The translations under genes and the position numbers were made by a program. The notes below the pieces were generated by a model. The model was not told the DNA's origin. It did not search any database and saw only the letters and a program-made list of their open reading frames with translations. A stretch of DNA of 58,806 nucleotides, filler included, from Gonapodya sp. JEL0774 (taxonomy: Eukaryota), in assembly GCA_027604505.1 (NCBI GenBank). It is 8 parts of 8 records of this genome, joined end to end, with 100 filler letters (N's around TTAATTAATTAA, not from the genome) between each part and the next. Parts side by side here need not be neighbours in the genome. Positions count along the whole stretch, not along the records: positions 1 to 7,287 come from JADIIX010000513.1; positions 7,388 to 14,673 come from JADIIX010000514.1; 6 more parts are not named here. One strand, written 5' to 3'. Position 1 is the first letter of the stretch. Each line of letters begins with the position of its first letter. This document shows positions 1 through 13,935 of the stretch, one piece after another.

Positions 1-100
1 TGTCCCCGGCGGATCCGCTCGCCATGGGGAGCACAGCAGCGACGCACGCGAGCAAAAACAAGGCCATCATCAGGCTCTTTCGCGTGGAGAAGGGAATCAT
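1..100 (-). CDS. 5' end of a secreted/membrane protein (signal peptide; possibly Per1/PGAP3-like), truncated by contig edge
   Basis: ATG at 100 gives MIPFSTRKSLMMALFLLACVAAVLPMASGSAGD: hydrophobic signal peptide followed by SAGD. Confidence 0.35.
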   Translation of the reverse strand, partial: MIPFSTRKSLMMALFLLACVAAVLPMASGSAGD

Positions 101-916
101 TTGCAGATTGTCGAATCGGTACAAAGAAACAGAGCGGAGAGATGTTGCGGGTCGATTTTGTAAAAATGCTTGAAGAGGTCCCGCTTGCTTTCCTCGTTGA
201 GACAAAACTCTTTCGTGTGCGGTCATGGATTGGTTCAGCTTGCATGGGGAGTCTGGAAATGGGAGTTGAAGGATGATCACAAGGCCTCAGTCAGTTCTTG
301 CAACTCCTCCGCTCGTACTCCCAAAACGATTAGCAAATTTGATCAATCTTCTCCCGATACTGCAAGTCCGTGGGGCGTAGGAGCCCGCCGTGAATTCGAG
401 ATTTATGTGACTGACAACATGCCTGAGTGGTGCAGGAAGAGCATTCCGTTGCACGCCATGTACTCTAGGAGCTACGTTCTTTAGGCTACAATACATCCTT
501 TGCAGTGTTTGTTCTCCACAGGAATGAGATTGCATTGCGTTTTGTTGTGCCGTTCGAAAACCGGAACAATTCATCATTACGCAATTCATCCTTCATAACA
601 AAGCCCTCCAACGCGCCCTGCCAGTGTAAGACCGGGAACATGTTTCATCTCCGTCACAATATTTCTGCTCGGTCATTTCCTTTGAACAACCTTTTCCGCT
701 TTCTTCTGGGACAACCACTACGTCGATTGTTTCATTCACATACCCCTATACATAGAGGCAACCCCGCCAACCATACAAAACTGCTTTTAACTGATTGTTA
801 GGTCGTATGTATTACTGCAATTAATTTCATCCTCGTATTTGATCGGCTCACCTGGGCACCAACCGCAGGAACGCAAATCCTCACAACATTAGCTTTACTT
901 CCATAAACGATTCGTG

Positions 917-1680
917 ATGTCCTCCGCTTATGGATCCATCCCACGTCCTTCTGCTTCTGCCGACCTCTCTGGCATCTTGCCTATCCCTGGCCTCCTTCGT
1001 GATCAAACGAGAATCACGATCGAGAAGGTGGAACCCGGGCACACGGACGATGCACTCATCGAGCAGATGCGAGGTCTGCTCAATCTGGAGATCCGAGAGG
1101 GTAAAACATACCCGCAGGAGCAAGAACTTGATCGGCACGCATTCGCTGTGTACTTTCTCTCCTATGATTCCTTCATGGCACGCGAAGTGGACACCGGGAC
1201 ACTTGTTGGATGCTTCTATGTCAAGCCGAATTTTCCTGGACGGTGCTCGCATGTGAGTTTCTTTATTTCATTCGCATGCTTTGTAAGCCCGGTCGGATTT
1301 ACCATCACACTCGAAAGATTTGCAACGGTGGCTTCCTAACCATGCCTACACACCGAAATCAAGGAGTCGGGAGAGTCGTGAGTTCTCTGCTTGTCTTACA
1401 CTCGGTGGGGCGAGATGTTCACCCCGCCACACCTGTCCAGATGGCTCGCGCGTTCCTCCGTCTGGCCCCCGCACTCGGCTACCGTGCTTCCATGTTCAAT
1501 CTTGTGTTTGAATCAAATGAGGCGTCGGTAAGGCTTTGGCGGTCTCTTGGCTTCCGAGAAACTGGGAGGGTTCCTAAAGCAGGAAGGCTTAAAGTCGGGG
1601 AAAATGGACAAGAGCAGTATGTGGATGCGATACAGTTCTTCTATGATTTTGATAGCGTGGAAACTCGGGTGGACAGATAG
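917..1680 (+). CDS. GNAT N-acetyltransferase, Mpr1/L-azetidine-2-carboxylate acetyltransferase-like (3 exons)
   Basis: GKTYPQE, GCFYVKPNFPGRCSH / ICNGGF...RNQGVGR / APALGYRASMFNLVFESNEASVRLWRSLGF...GRVPKAGRL; frame changes coincide with GT..AG introns. Confidence 0.88.
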
Positions 1681-1918
1681 GTCTGCGATAGTGACGTGGA
1701 AAGTTTCCCAAGACATCAGTGATGAGCGGAGATGAGAATACCTATATTTCACGATAACATAAGATTAACTATTGTATGTAATGCTGCTAAGCAAGTCTCG
1801 TTGACTTTTTGTTAGTGTGTCTGAGGTTACGCAGTGGTCAGTCCGGAAAGAGCAGAAAGGTGAAGGATTATGTATAAGTTCCGATCGACAACAACGTGAC
1901 TCTTCCAGCGCATCCCCG

Positions 1919-3358
1919 ATGCCACGCTCACAAAAGACCTGGCTGGAGGTTGCCGTTAATGGTAGCTGGACTCGCAAGGTGTGCTAAACTCTCATCTCGG
2001 TTGGTCGGAGCATTCGGGCGGGAAGAGCCGAATCGAGGTTTTGCACTGACGATTCAATCCCTGTCAATCTGGGATATCCGGGATGTTGAAAGATCCAGCC
2101 GGGTATACCAATCACTGTTGACGAAATCGTAAAGGAGAGCGTCGAGTGCGTCAAGCTGGGTGCATCGGTATGTGGACGTGATGTCCCAATTGGTGGAGTA
2201 TCAACCTGCAACTGACACTCCCTTCCAAAATATCACATTGGGTTTCAATTAATTTGGTGAAAACCTTGAATGTTGACCCGATAATGACGTCAATGAAGAT
2301 CATCCATATGCACGCATATGATGAATCTACTGGTGTCCAAAAGGAAGATCCTGAACTATACGCGGCTATTTTCCGAGGGTGGGAGTTCTACGTCGCATTC
2401 TCGGTGTTCTAGTGAATGCACTGAAACGTTGTTATCCTCACAATCGTATCAACAACAGAATCAAGTCCCAAGTTGACTGCATATGCTACCCGACGGTGCT
2501 GCAAGGTTCTCGTAGATTTGAAAGCATGCAGGATTTGGCGAGGAGAGGGGCGCTGGAGTGGTGCACCCTGGATCCGGGTAGCTGCAACTGTGAGAATGTC
2601 GACGTGAGCTCAGACTAAGGATCAGCGATTGTTGACCAGAGACGTATCCCATGTCGGAATGAAAGGGTCTCGAACCGAAGATATTTCCTGTGGAAAATCA
2701 GGCTTCGTGTATAGTGAGTGCCGAGCCTCCCAATTTGGAGCAGTAGTCAGAGTCCCACTTATTCGCTATGTACACTTGGGATCCATGTGCAGCGTGGAGC
2801 GATGATCACATCAAACAAGGGTATCACATTTGCTCCGAGCACAAAATCCATCCATGTTGGTTCCGTGTCGTTGCAATGAAGTTCCGAACATCTAATATTA
2901 AGTCCTCGGCACGCATCTGCAAATTAGCATTCGCAATATACGAGCCAGGCTTCCTTCGAGCTGGAGCTGCGTGGCAATCCTATTACCCAAATGCACCCAT
3001 TCCCATTTACCGCTTCATGTTCTCTTCTCAGTATCTCTGGTCGTTCCCTCCAAAACCGTACGGTCTGACTGCGTACCACTCTTTACTCAAAGACGAGGCA
3101 CCAGGCATGCCTTGGATGGTTGCAGGTCTAGACGTAGACATATCACCTTTGATCGAGGACACTGTGAAAGCTGGAGGACACGTGAGAGTGGGGCTGGAAG
3201 ACGCTCCGTTTGGGACTCGGATGAGTAACAAAGAATGGACTGAGATGGCGGTCAAGCGAATTGGAGAAGCGGGAGGGATACTGGCGACGGCGCAGGAAGT
3301 GAGGACAGACTTGAAAGAGATGGAGATTGAGTATCGGGCGAGGAAAGCACGCATTTGA
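1919..3358 (+). CDS. 3-keto-5-aminohexanoate cleavage enzyme family (BKACE/DUF849), multi-exon
   Basis: Spliced exons: MPRSQKTWLEVAVNG / PGIPITVDEIVKESVECVKLGAS / IIHMHAYD / ...DPGSCN / IYEPGFLR...GGHVRVGLEDAP. Confidence 0.85.
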
Positions 3359-3603
3359 ATGGGTGGACTGTGATGACCTCCGTGTTGACCTCCACATCTG
3401 TGTCTGAGCGAGCAATTAGATTCTGCTTCTCAACTAACTTATGTACTGGTTTCCGAGTGAAAAGGGCGGAGGCAAAAGAAACTGGTTGTTACACTCGGCA
3501 ACTTTTAAGCAAAAAGAAAATTCGGTTTCACACTCTATTGCGTACATCCCGGATTACTCAGAAGTAATATACTAAATATCTAAACTTAGCTCTAAAATGT
3601 CGC

Positions 3604-5695
3604 TCATGACGATTTTTCCTTGCCGTTTGCTGTTCCGTTCTCCACCACCTTCGGCACCTTCTTCTTCTCAGTCGGGAATCGTACTCCAACAGCCGCCAAG
3701 AGTATGTCAAGAACGATTAGCGCCGTGTTGACTACGGGAGACCACCAATACAGTGCAGACAGTGCAGGGATGATGTACTTGAGTTGGAGGAGGTCAAACG
3801 AGATGGCGCCAAAGTAGAGAACGGAGGTGGTGAGGACGAAGCAAAGGAGGCGATAGAAGAAGAACAGCAAGCGAGAAACAGCGGAGGTGGAGGTGGAGAG
3901 GTATTGGTAGATCTGTATATGACGGACGGAGGGTCGGGGCGTGAGAACGACCGCACATCGCCCCATTCATCACGCAAATGCGAGTATTCGGCACTCACTC
4001 CATCTCCGAACCTCCTCTTCAACCTCTTTTCCACATCCATGTCCATAAACTCAAGCGCAAACGTCGCGAAGTAACCAACATGGAAACCGTGCCACGCAGC
4101 GAGGAAGAGGAGGGTCGATATACCAGAAAGGTCCTTATTTCCAAGGAAACGAAGTCGCTTGTAAACGTAAATCTTTGACCAGTTGTTGGTGTTGATGTTG
4201 AATGACTCGACAATGTTCTGGACAGGAAGTGAACAGTGAGGAGAGCCACGACCAATGTTCGCACCGTATAGAACTCACCTGGAGAGACCATGGGAATTCG
4301 TACTTCAGCGTGTCGATGTTGCGCAGGCCGGACCAATCTGCGCGTCCGGTTTTGGAATCGACACCGTCGAAAGAGAGTCCAGAAATGGCGTTCGGTCCCT
4401 CCGTCAGAATCCAGATTCCAAGATACTATGATGTGGGACATCAAGACGCGTCTGAACATCAAAACGGTTGGAAGTCGGGCGAGAGACGTTTCCTAGGGTC
4501 TCACCTTCTCCAACGCAAACTTTCCAGCTGCCCACGAATACGCAAACCTCTTCCCCAAGGGAAATTCCGCGAACTCCTTGGTCGTGAGGAACAGAGTGGG
4601 GAAGTAACCGCCCACGACCTGGCAAAAGGCAAGGTATGCCAGGCCAAGGAACAGCGACCTCAGAGCGTACAACCATGACCCAGCGGGCAGACTTTTAGAT
4701 GCCTTTGCATCACCATTCGTCTTTGTAGAGTCAGCTGGAGCAGAGTAGAGGGTACCGTCGAGCCAGCGGCTGTAACGGGCGTAAGGGAACTGAGGACCAA
4801 CGAGCCAGCCACCTTTCGGGAAGGGAGCCTGAGATACGTCGATAGGGGAAAACTCCCATCAATAAACTTACCAAAGTAGTAGGCGTATCCAAAAGTGTTG
4901 AGAAGCGACGGTAGCTTCTCCAGAGGATGGTCTTCCTCAGAAATGATGGACGCCGAGGGTTTTCGCTTCTTCACTCACGAACCGCTTTGAAGAACAACAA
5001 CTGGGATGTTCTCGAATGATAGAAACTCACTGCGCCTTCCTTCGTTCGGACTGAACCATCCGAAAAGTCCATCGCGAAACCAATCAGGCGAAGACAGAGC
5101 ACGCACTGATGGCACTCGTAAAACACCAACGGTCACAAGTAATAAAAACAATCCAGCCTCACCTGTGGCATCAGCCAGCTGAATTATTGGTGCGGGGTTT
5201 TAAGATTTTCGGAGAAACAAGCATGATGAGCAAGGTGAAGACTCACTTGATATAGTAAACGTCACTCGCACAGTAGTAGTAACCAACACCGAGATACCCG
5301 ACATTAAAAAACCAAACGGCAGTTGAGCCGACTGATCGCGGAATACCGGTAACCTAGAAGGTTCACGTCGCAAATCATCACTGGAAAAACGAAGTATATT
5401 GTTTCCGAATATACACACTCACCTCCCCTGCTTTCAAAATCAGCCATGAGCCGAGCGTGGTTGCAAATGGATGAAAAAACTCCGTCCAATCACCCTGATG
5501 GAACCAGTATGCGGCCAGCAAACCAGAGACAACAACGAAAAGATTCCTGACAGTCGGGGATGCGGATGACGGTGATGACAGGAAGAGGATGCGGTAGAAA
5601 AGGGCGATTGGGTAGGCAAGAAGGAGATACGAGAGGAGGGCGAGATTGCCAGTGGGCACGCCCGTGGCGGCCGAAAGTTCTTCGATTGGATACAT
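3604..5695 (-). CDS. MBOAT lysophospholipid acyltransferase (Ale1/LPCAT-like), multi-exon
   Basis: N-terminal TM segment (LAYPIALFYR), PSLLNTFGYAYYF, FLVGPQF, SWNLDSD, FLVSAFWHGFH-like histidine exon (~4075-4140), C-terminal KKKxxK tail. Confidence 0.85.
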
Positions 5696-7287
5696 GAGAA
5701 AATATTGAACCCACCTGGTTTTGGGGGTTGGAGTCCTCCCGAGGCCTCAGACACGGCTAACATGGACAAGAGATCACAAGTAATAATGAAACTATTGAAT
5801 CGATTACCCATGAATGCTGCTCGGAATATAAAAAGCCATTTTATGTCGAGATTCCATCCACCGCGTGACGGAACGCTCGTGAAGATCAGCACTGGCAGTG
5901 CAGTTCGCACGACGCCTACGTCTCCAGCTGAGGTTTGACAACTATCACTATATGTAGCACACAGAATCTCCATCATGAATCTGCCCTGACAGTGGTCGTT
6001 CTCCTGGTATTTTACGCGAGGCGGTGGTTGGAGAACTCAAAGGTGCATACTAATCCGGCCACATCATGCCGTGGCAGAAAGCAAGAGCTTGCCAACTGCC
6101 AATAGACAGTGTTGCAAAATTATTTACCATTGCGTCTCTTCGAGCGCCACTGTGGTGGACTCTCCAACTCACTTGTGTTCGGCTCCACACATTATTTGAT
6201 GTTTTGATTGACACGTCGGACATAAATTATGCTATGAAATGAGGGCAAGATGTGGCTGTTGAGACGTCTTGGATGCATCTGTAGAGTGCTCTTTGATTGA
6301 ATTGTGAAATTCAAAGAATCTCTGGTTGCACTGCCGGTTAGTCCATGAGCAACATCAATCAAACTAATTTGCCATGCAACCTTCCAGTCCTCCATCGCCC
6401 TCCAATACTTCAGATCCACACACAAATGCTACTCCGTCTACGCCGAAGGAAAACCCATTGATGAAGTTCGCGTTCACGGGAGGACGGAAAGTGGGTCCGG
6501 GGACGATCGTGAGAAGCTGAGAGTTATAGAATGCATGGACAACCTTTGGACGTCGCAAACGATGAAACAATTAAACAGAGCTGCTTTTGACCTCTGATTT
6601 ACGGTTCCTGTCTCTCCATCGGCATCTTTTGTCGTGGGAACCGGAAACGGTTTTTCTCTTCGAATCCAATGTTCGATTGATCCTACCATCACTCTTAGAG
6701 ACGGCAAGGTCAGATGAATATTTGGTTTCAGCTGCCAAGGATTGTACTTGAATCTTCCTGTTTCGCCCAGATTCATTCGCGAATTCTCCAAGCACGTTAG
6801 GACTGCCATCCGCTCCACCAAGTCCGTCTACGCCCGATGGAGTCACCACGCGATCTCAAGATACATCGACGCCTCGAAAATTTTCGTTCAAGAAGCCAGC
6901 CAATACGTTATCGTTCCCTCCGATCTCCGCCACCTCAACACCAACCAAGAATCTGTTTCTTCCGCATCCGGACGTCTCTCCGGCTCCAACACACAACTCC
7001 CGCGCTTCGCGAGACTCGTTTGCGTATTCCATCCCCGAGATTCCAAGATTGGCTTCTGCTACTCCATCGGTCCACTCGGTTTCTGCCAATGGCGCGGAAA
7101 CACACGTGTCTCCGTGGTTTGGAAATAGCACACCGGACGTTGCCATTATGCCCGATCCAAATTTTCCACCTCATATTAAAGTTGAAATTCTTGACGACGT
7201 GGCCCAGGAACCGGGGATACCGCTCGCACGTCAGCCGGCCCAGTCCACGTTCGTGAGCAGGACCGAGTACAATACGGAGCAAGATGC

Positions 7288-7387
7288 NNNNNNNNNNNNN
7301 NNNNNNNNNNNNNNNNNNNNNNNNNNNNNNNTTAATTAATTAANNNNNNNNNNNNNNNNNNNNNNNNNNNNNNNNNNNNNNNNNNNN
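7288..7387. other. Artificial contig spacer (N-TTAATTAATTAA-N); repeated at 14674-14773, 22047-22146, 29411-29510, 36771-36870, 44128-44227, 51475-51574
   Basis: Identical 100-nt linkers with six-frame stops; intervening contigs decrease monotonically in length. Confidence 0.97.
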
Positions 7388-7958
7388 GGGCCGTGACCGC
7401 TGAAACGATGTCAGGGTGGCTGGATCGCGGAGTATTGTAGATCCATCAACGATCAGCGTTATGTGACGCGAATGAAATCGAAAGTGATTGAATGAAAGCG
7501 AAGTCATGTCTTGAGTATAGGGACACCCTTTCTCACCAGTGGCCAGTCGAAGTGGCTCCGATTCCAGCGGTGAAGTCAAGCAGCCTCTTGCCATCAACAG
7601 TGTTGATCCAGACACCTGATTCAGACAATCAAACACGCAAACGGCATGCAGTCAGCAGATTCAATCAAGAAGTTATGCAATTTTCGGGAAGGCACGGTCA
7701 ATTTGATCCCCCGAGTTTGATTCCGCTTCGGGCCAACTCACCACTCGCACTCTGAACGACATGGTCCGACATCCTCGCAAGACCACTGGTCAAGTGCTTG
7801 CTCGCGATCGCGGCCATTTCAGCTTCTGAAACCGGGCTAGACCAGTCGGCTACTTTCTCTGCGGTGAGCGTCGCGACAGAGTATGAGAGGCGGGATTGGC
7901 GAGAGAGAGATTTGTGCCCAAGAGCGAGAGGGAGCCGGGTTCGCAGGAGAGGGATCAT
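7388..7958 (-). CDS. Class III PLP aminotransferase (GABA/acetylornithine transaminase-like), N-terminal part with likely mitochondrial presequence
   Basis: Exon 1 MIPLLRTRLPLA...HVVQSASG; exon ~7540-7615 reads GVWINTVDGKRLLDFTAGIGATSTGHC. Confidence 0.8.
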
Positions 7959-8501
7959 GGCGACGAGTATTGAAACTGAGGAATGCGGCTTGATGGGAAA
8001 CTTCAGGCTTTTCTTTGCAGTCTCGGTGAGGGCGGCCCGCGGTTTCACTTCTTGAACGGGTGTGGACCCCGCTCTTTCAAGGCAGACAGGAACAACCCAC
8101 AAAATCCTGTATTCTTCGACATACCCCTTTGACAGATTATGAAGAGTGGAAACGTCTGTTGGGCGTTCCTCGTGACTTTCCATACTTGACTATGCTCCAG
8201 GCGGATGATGGGCCGCTGCAACACCTATCATACACATATTGGAGATGGATGGACTGACGGAATACATTCCTATTTCATGAAGGTAGTTTATTGTTGATTG
8301 CGTTTGGGCCGGAGTGGGGACAAACGGCAACAAGTGAACCTCATGTTTTGTAGGGCAAAACCTGGAAACCTCTTGACATTTGTGCCGGGCAATTACGATA
8401 CGTTTAGGCCTCCGCTGGGCAGAGAACGGGTGAGCACTGGCCTTTTCTGGACTGCACTGCAATTCGCACCAGGACAGGCTGTGACGCGTGCAGACACTCC
8501 G

Positions 8502-9544
8502 ATGAGAAGTCCAGCCCCCGAAACAGCCATCGCTCGTATTGCCTCCGGAAGCATCAGTACATCGCGCCAAGCGTCCGTAGGGAATAATAATGAATTCAAT
8601 CGCTCGACGTGAGTGAAGTGGGGCTCGAACGAACAGGAGGACGTATCGTTGATCACATATTTCCATCAACACATCGGACCCTTCCAGCCGTGTTTTCGCC
8701 GAGCTCTCCCCCGAAACGCCCCTCGCCTGCATCGACCACTTCCGAGCCCGCATCGCCCACGAGTCGGAGCTCCATAATCTTCTCATCAGCGTGGACCTCG
8801 GACTCTTTGGCAAAGGGAACGTGACGGACCGGCGGATACTCGGCATTATTGCCTCGTCCGACGTTGTGAGACTCCTAACGGAGAAATCCTCGCAGCGCGC
8901 CCAAGGGTGCCGAGGGTGGGAGTACGGAGGGCGAACTCCGTGTGGACAGCACCTGGACTCGACCGATCCAGATCCTGGCCATCTTGTGTGAATTTTCCTC
9001 GGCACGAAAGTTGTTCTGGCGTGGGCAACAAGGCTCATCATATCTCGACAGATTCTTGAACTTTTTGGAACCGTTCCTGTCGCTCGCCGAAGTCAAGTGG
9101 AACCGAGGCGCACAGGGCTACTTGCATGACCTCTCCCACCTCCCCGACGAAGATGAGCAAAAGTACCGCCAAACCACGATAAAATCGACCAATGAAACCC
9201 TCAGTATTCTCTACGTGCTGATGGTGGACGACGAAAAGAAAATCTCGGCCGCTTTGCTCGCCTCGCGGCGTCTCCACCAGACCAGGTTCCTTTGCGTGGC
9301 GATCCTCAGCGATGTCGTTCCGCAAAGAAAAAGTGTGCATGGAATAGTCTGCTACGACCACGCAGAGGTCTTGTCCCATCTCCACAGTGCGCTAATGGGC
9401 ATCCTGGCGGGCTTGGACTCGGGTCGCGACTGGTGGCACGCCATGCAAACGTCCATGCACAAAACCGTCAGAAAAACGCTCGATTTCTCACACATGTGCG
9501 CCAACTCGGTCGACCTGCGAATGTATCATGAAGTTAAACCGTAG
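8502..9544 (+). CDS. Hypothetical helical protein, multi-exon (structure uncertain)
   Basis: ATG 8502, GTGAGT donor ~8609, 200-aa ORF 8942-9544 with protein-like composition; no recognised motif. Confidence 0.35.
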
Positions 9545-12500
9545 CTTGAATCAACGGACGGAAAGCTACAGGCCTGTTGGGAGTGGGGACTGGCGAAAAT
9601 GAAACAGACGCGAGTCGTCACATGTACAATTCACATGACATACACAATCGCCACACAAGTTATGGACGCCTTAGTGAAACAGCGTGAGTGGGATTTTGGT
9701 TACCCTGGTGGAGCGGTGGTCGTAAGTCGTGAGAGGTCACGATATGAGTTTTAAATCTTTCTATCGACACCGCTGCAGTACCACTCGAGTGGTTGCCGTC
9801 AGCATAGGACAAAACGGGATATGTTTCGAGTTCGCGTGGTCGGTGCTTTTGTCTCGCGGTGTGCGAATTGTTTCGAGAAGGGTGCAACTTTTAGAAGTTC
9901 CCCTCTCCCATTTGAACTGCGAGCCACCGAAAATTTGTAGCCACTAGAAATATTTGGGTTTGAATCTTCGTATGGCCTGTCGTCCTTTCACTACCCGTCC
10001 ACAATATATGCTGACAGCAGGTTAATTGGAAATGTGACCACGATCGTAGGATCACACGTTCCGTGAAGAGGACACGTCACTCGATGGTAGATTTCCAGCG
10101 AGCCAAGCGAGGTACGAGGAGCAAATCATGACAGACCGAGCCGAGGAAGATTGGAACTATCTGATTCCAATCCCATCCTCCCGGACCCGCCGGACCGCTC
10201 ACAAAAGTTAGGCTCATATGTATCCGAATCCATTTAATTCAATCGCCTCCCAAGTCTCTCCGCGCGCGGCCTCCTGCAGAAACCTGACACGACCAGTGAA
10301 ATATGTTGTCCGGAGTCGTTGCTTTTTCGCGACACTGTACCGTGACGGTGAACATCGTAGAAAAAGCAACAACACCTTGACGACATGGGACGGGAGAGAG
10401 CATAATCGTTGAATGGGCTTGCATTGGAGAGAATGGTTTGTCGAGTCGATGTCTGTTTGACTTGGACCATCTTGTCCGGGGAAAGGGAGATTGGAGACAC
10501 GCAGCCCGGAGACCAAGAATCACTGCTGCAGATGGACGTCATCTGGATGTCCCGAGTTGCTTTTCCACGGCTTGAAAGGAGAACATGTCGAGCTTCACAA
10601 TCGCTGGCATCTTCGCGACGATGTTCACAAATCAGCGAAGTTCGTGAGCCTCTGGTTTGGTGCCAAGTCACCCAACGTGCACCACCAATCAGACTCGTGC
10701 GAAGGGAATTGAGCACGGTGGAGACGTATTTAGCCGGAACTGTTGGGTGAACAAGAGACGTTTGCTTTGGTCAACCTAGGCTGGGTCCCCCAATGAAACG
10801 ATTTATTTGGCTTTCATTTGTCTGGGCCGTCTGGATTTTCGCTTGGCAATCCTGCGCTTCTCATGCTATTCTATGTCCAGTCACCTGCCTGCTGTGTTAT
10901 TCGGCACTCTTTCCTGCTTGAAGTAGAAATCTAGGTCCACGTCATCCATCTGAACTTGTTCGCTCCATTGTTTGGAGAGCTTTCCCCGGCAATTTGGTTC
11001 TTTTTGTGATGCTTCTCCCAGACGTGGATCGTTGGTCAGAAGCTGTCAAGCTCTTTCATCTTACTGGCCGAAGGCGAGCTGATGTCTGCTCCGGCGCTGT
11101 CAGTCTTCTTCTCCTCTGTCTTTTCCCCATCCACCTAACAGTTGGTTTCAAAACCAAATCGACGTGGATGGAATGGTTACTACCTGTTTGCTTGCTGTGT
11201 CCGCGTTGTCACTCAAGGCCGTTCACGAACACAGATATCGATGTCTCCACTACTCTTATTTCGATCCATTCGTCCCTCCTACGCTGGTTGGCAGACAACC
11301 TCGATTCTATTTTTCAATGATTACCTGCCTCACGACTGGCTAGGTCCTGCTTCTTTCGCTCGTTCGGTCGAAAGTCTGAGATCCAAGTGAATCATGAGAA
11401 TCCCTTCCCCCGCAACGGGTATCTCTACTGGGACTTTTATGCGTATTTTGACTCAGCGTTCTCAAGGACTGAAATTATGCGACTCGACTGACACATTTTG
11501 GACCCGGTGGTCCCTGAGGACTTCAAAGAGTGCCTTTCTGTTCCGAATCGCTATATCATTTGCCGCGACTTGACGCGTTTTTGAGACTCTAAGCTCGTCT
11601 GCCTCACCAACGGGCACTCGTTTGCTTATGGCGCATCGCGTAATGGACCACAAAGTCATCATTAACATTTCGGGTCCGCGACCCCAGGAGAGAAATGTAA
11701 ATTTCTATTGGCGGTCGTTTCACTGAAGACACGTTACTTCTGCAGACTCACTTCTAATAATTGGTATATTCCCGTGTGGACCACGGTGCACCTTCGATTG
11801 AACATAATGGTTCTCAAATTGCAACATCGTGTACATCGTGATCACCGCTTTGCCTCTGCTCACTTCCGGAGATTTCTGTCGAATTTTTGTAGGCCAAGGC
11901 CTTTCAGCTGGTTTTTCAATCTGACAATATCACTTTCGAGACTCTGATCCTCTGTCTATTTTGCCTCCCACTCGACGGTTTGATTTCAAAATGAAATCGT
12001 CACGATGACAAAATTTTGTTCAATGCCTTTCGCCACTAGTGAGATTGCGCTGTCAGAGGCTCCATGGTTGATGGATCTTCCGGAGAACATCCTTGTATTG
12101 CAGTGAAAGCATCTGTTTCTATATGGGTAACCTCTTTCCCGACAATCAAAGATATCTCCGAGGCTGCGTTTCACAGCGCACCGTCGGTCAGAGCCCGCCA
12201 CCAAGCCATCTTTGTTCATTTGATGAGCTCTTCCACCCACCCTCGTTTTGTCTGTCTATGTTACCGATGACCACACCTACGCATCTGTGTCGTGGATGGA
12301 ACTTCATTTCTTGGGTTCACGGGAATGGCTGCGTCTGCGATGGTGCTCAGGAGCCCACACTTCGTACCAACCAATCTCAATGTTCAGGACAACCGCGTGT
12401 GATCATCGTAGTGCAAGAGTTGTCTCGCCTACTTCGTTCTGAGATATTGTTCGCCCTCTCTTTGCTGTACAGTCGATTGGTTCTGCCCTTCCTGCAAATG

Positions 12501-13935
12501 GTCGTCTTCACAAATCACCTTGCAAGCGATTCACAGATGATACTCGTACTATTGCGAGCCTGCTTACTGTACTTTTGCGCGTGATTTTTGCGTGTGATAG
12601 ATTCTTGTCTTGGTTTTTGGAAGGACTCAATGGTCTCTTGACTGAACTAGTGCATTTCATGACTCAAGTCGTCGCATATTTCTTTTGTCGTTCGCTGGTG
12701 GGGAGCGTTTCGGCTCATTGATTGGATGTTTTCTCACTCCTCTATACGACGGTCAGGACCGTCCCTTGATTTGCTACGTTCTTATCTATCACCTGTGTCG
12801 TCATGAACGCGCTTTCTGTTACTCATGCTCATGATGTAACGGGAGATGGACAACAGTCCGTCCAACGCTTTTTGGGCCTGCCGACCTGCAGAGAAATATG
12901 CATTTCCCATCGCGGGTTATTTGGCCATGACTTTGGATCAGATGGTGGCCCTGCACTCGAACCAATTATCATAAATCTCCGTATGGACCGCGGTGCACCA
13001 TGGATGCATCGTCGTGGTTCCCTCTTTTTTGCGTCACATGATGCAAATTGTAAACAGCGTGTAGCTCGCGGTCACAAATCTCCGTCGTGCCATGACCGCT
13101 CAATGTCTCGTGCAACTTGCTCTCACACGGTTACTTCCACATCAAAATATTTCTGCGTTTGTTTTGGTCGACTCAGATGTATCCACTGCATAAAAGTGTG
13201 TGCCTGTGGCGCCAGCACAGCCGTTGTGGCGCCAGTCGCAATTGTAGAAAGTTCATTTCTGAAGCGTAAATGAGAGTCTATGTCTCGCACTTCATTTCTT
13301 GTGCTAGTTGAGTCCTTTGATCGCGGTCTTCCTCCCCAGTGAGAGCACCAAACCCCTGCTCCATTTGACGCTTGAGGTTTTCGCAGATGCTCATTTCTGA
13401 AATTTTTTTGGGGCATGTCAGTAATCGTGCCACCATTAACATATTGTGGATACATCCCCTATCTGGTAACTGTTTCATCAGATGACGCACTTAAAAAATA
13501 CGCAAAAAGTCTTGCAACCTGCAGTGTCTGCGTAGTGAGGCCTGTTGCTGGTTGGGTGCAGGACTGTCAGAAAAGAGATGGTTCAAAAAGAAACACCGCC
13601 ATTCTGCGAGTTCTTTTTCATATTTTCTTCGTATTGTTCATGTTTTGTGCAACATCTAGCTAGTCTAGTAGCCTGATCTGACATCCGACGTCTGTGCTAA
13701 CACTTGCTGCCATTTTCCGCGCTCGACTGCACATCATGAACCTCCTCGAAGATGGATTTTACATTGCAAGACGATTTCTATATGTACTCGAATGTTTTGT
13801 AACAAAGTTGAGGACATGTGGCCTTGACCTTACACGAAGTGCCTGAGCTGGGAGGCTTTTGGGAAACATTCGTTCTAAACGAATGTGAACTTCGGGAATC
13901 AACCATCGCCATCTAACACCCAGTTGACGCCCACG

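Noticed and set aside
6340..7287. Possible plus-strand gene start (ORFs 6742-7128, 7049-7287)
   Set aside because: May be coding, but there is no identifiable domain and it is truncated by the contig end.
7288..7387. Conserved TTAATTAATTAA motif recurring every ~7.3 kb
   Set aside because: Synthetic linker within N runs.
9600..13800. Many short ORFs on both strands
   Set aside because: No recognisable motif or consistent exon chain; a gene call cannot be supported.
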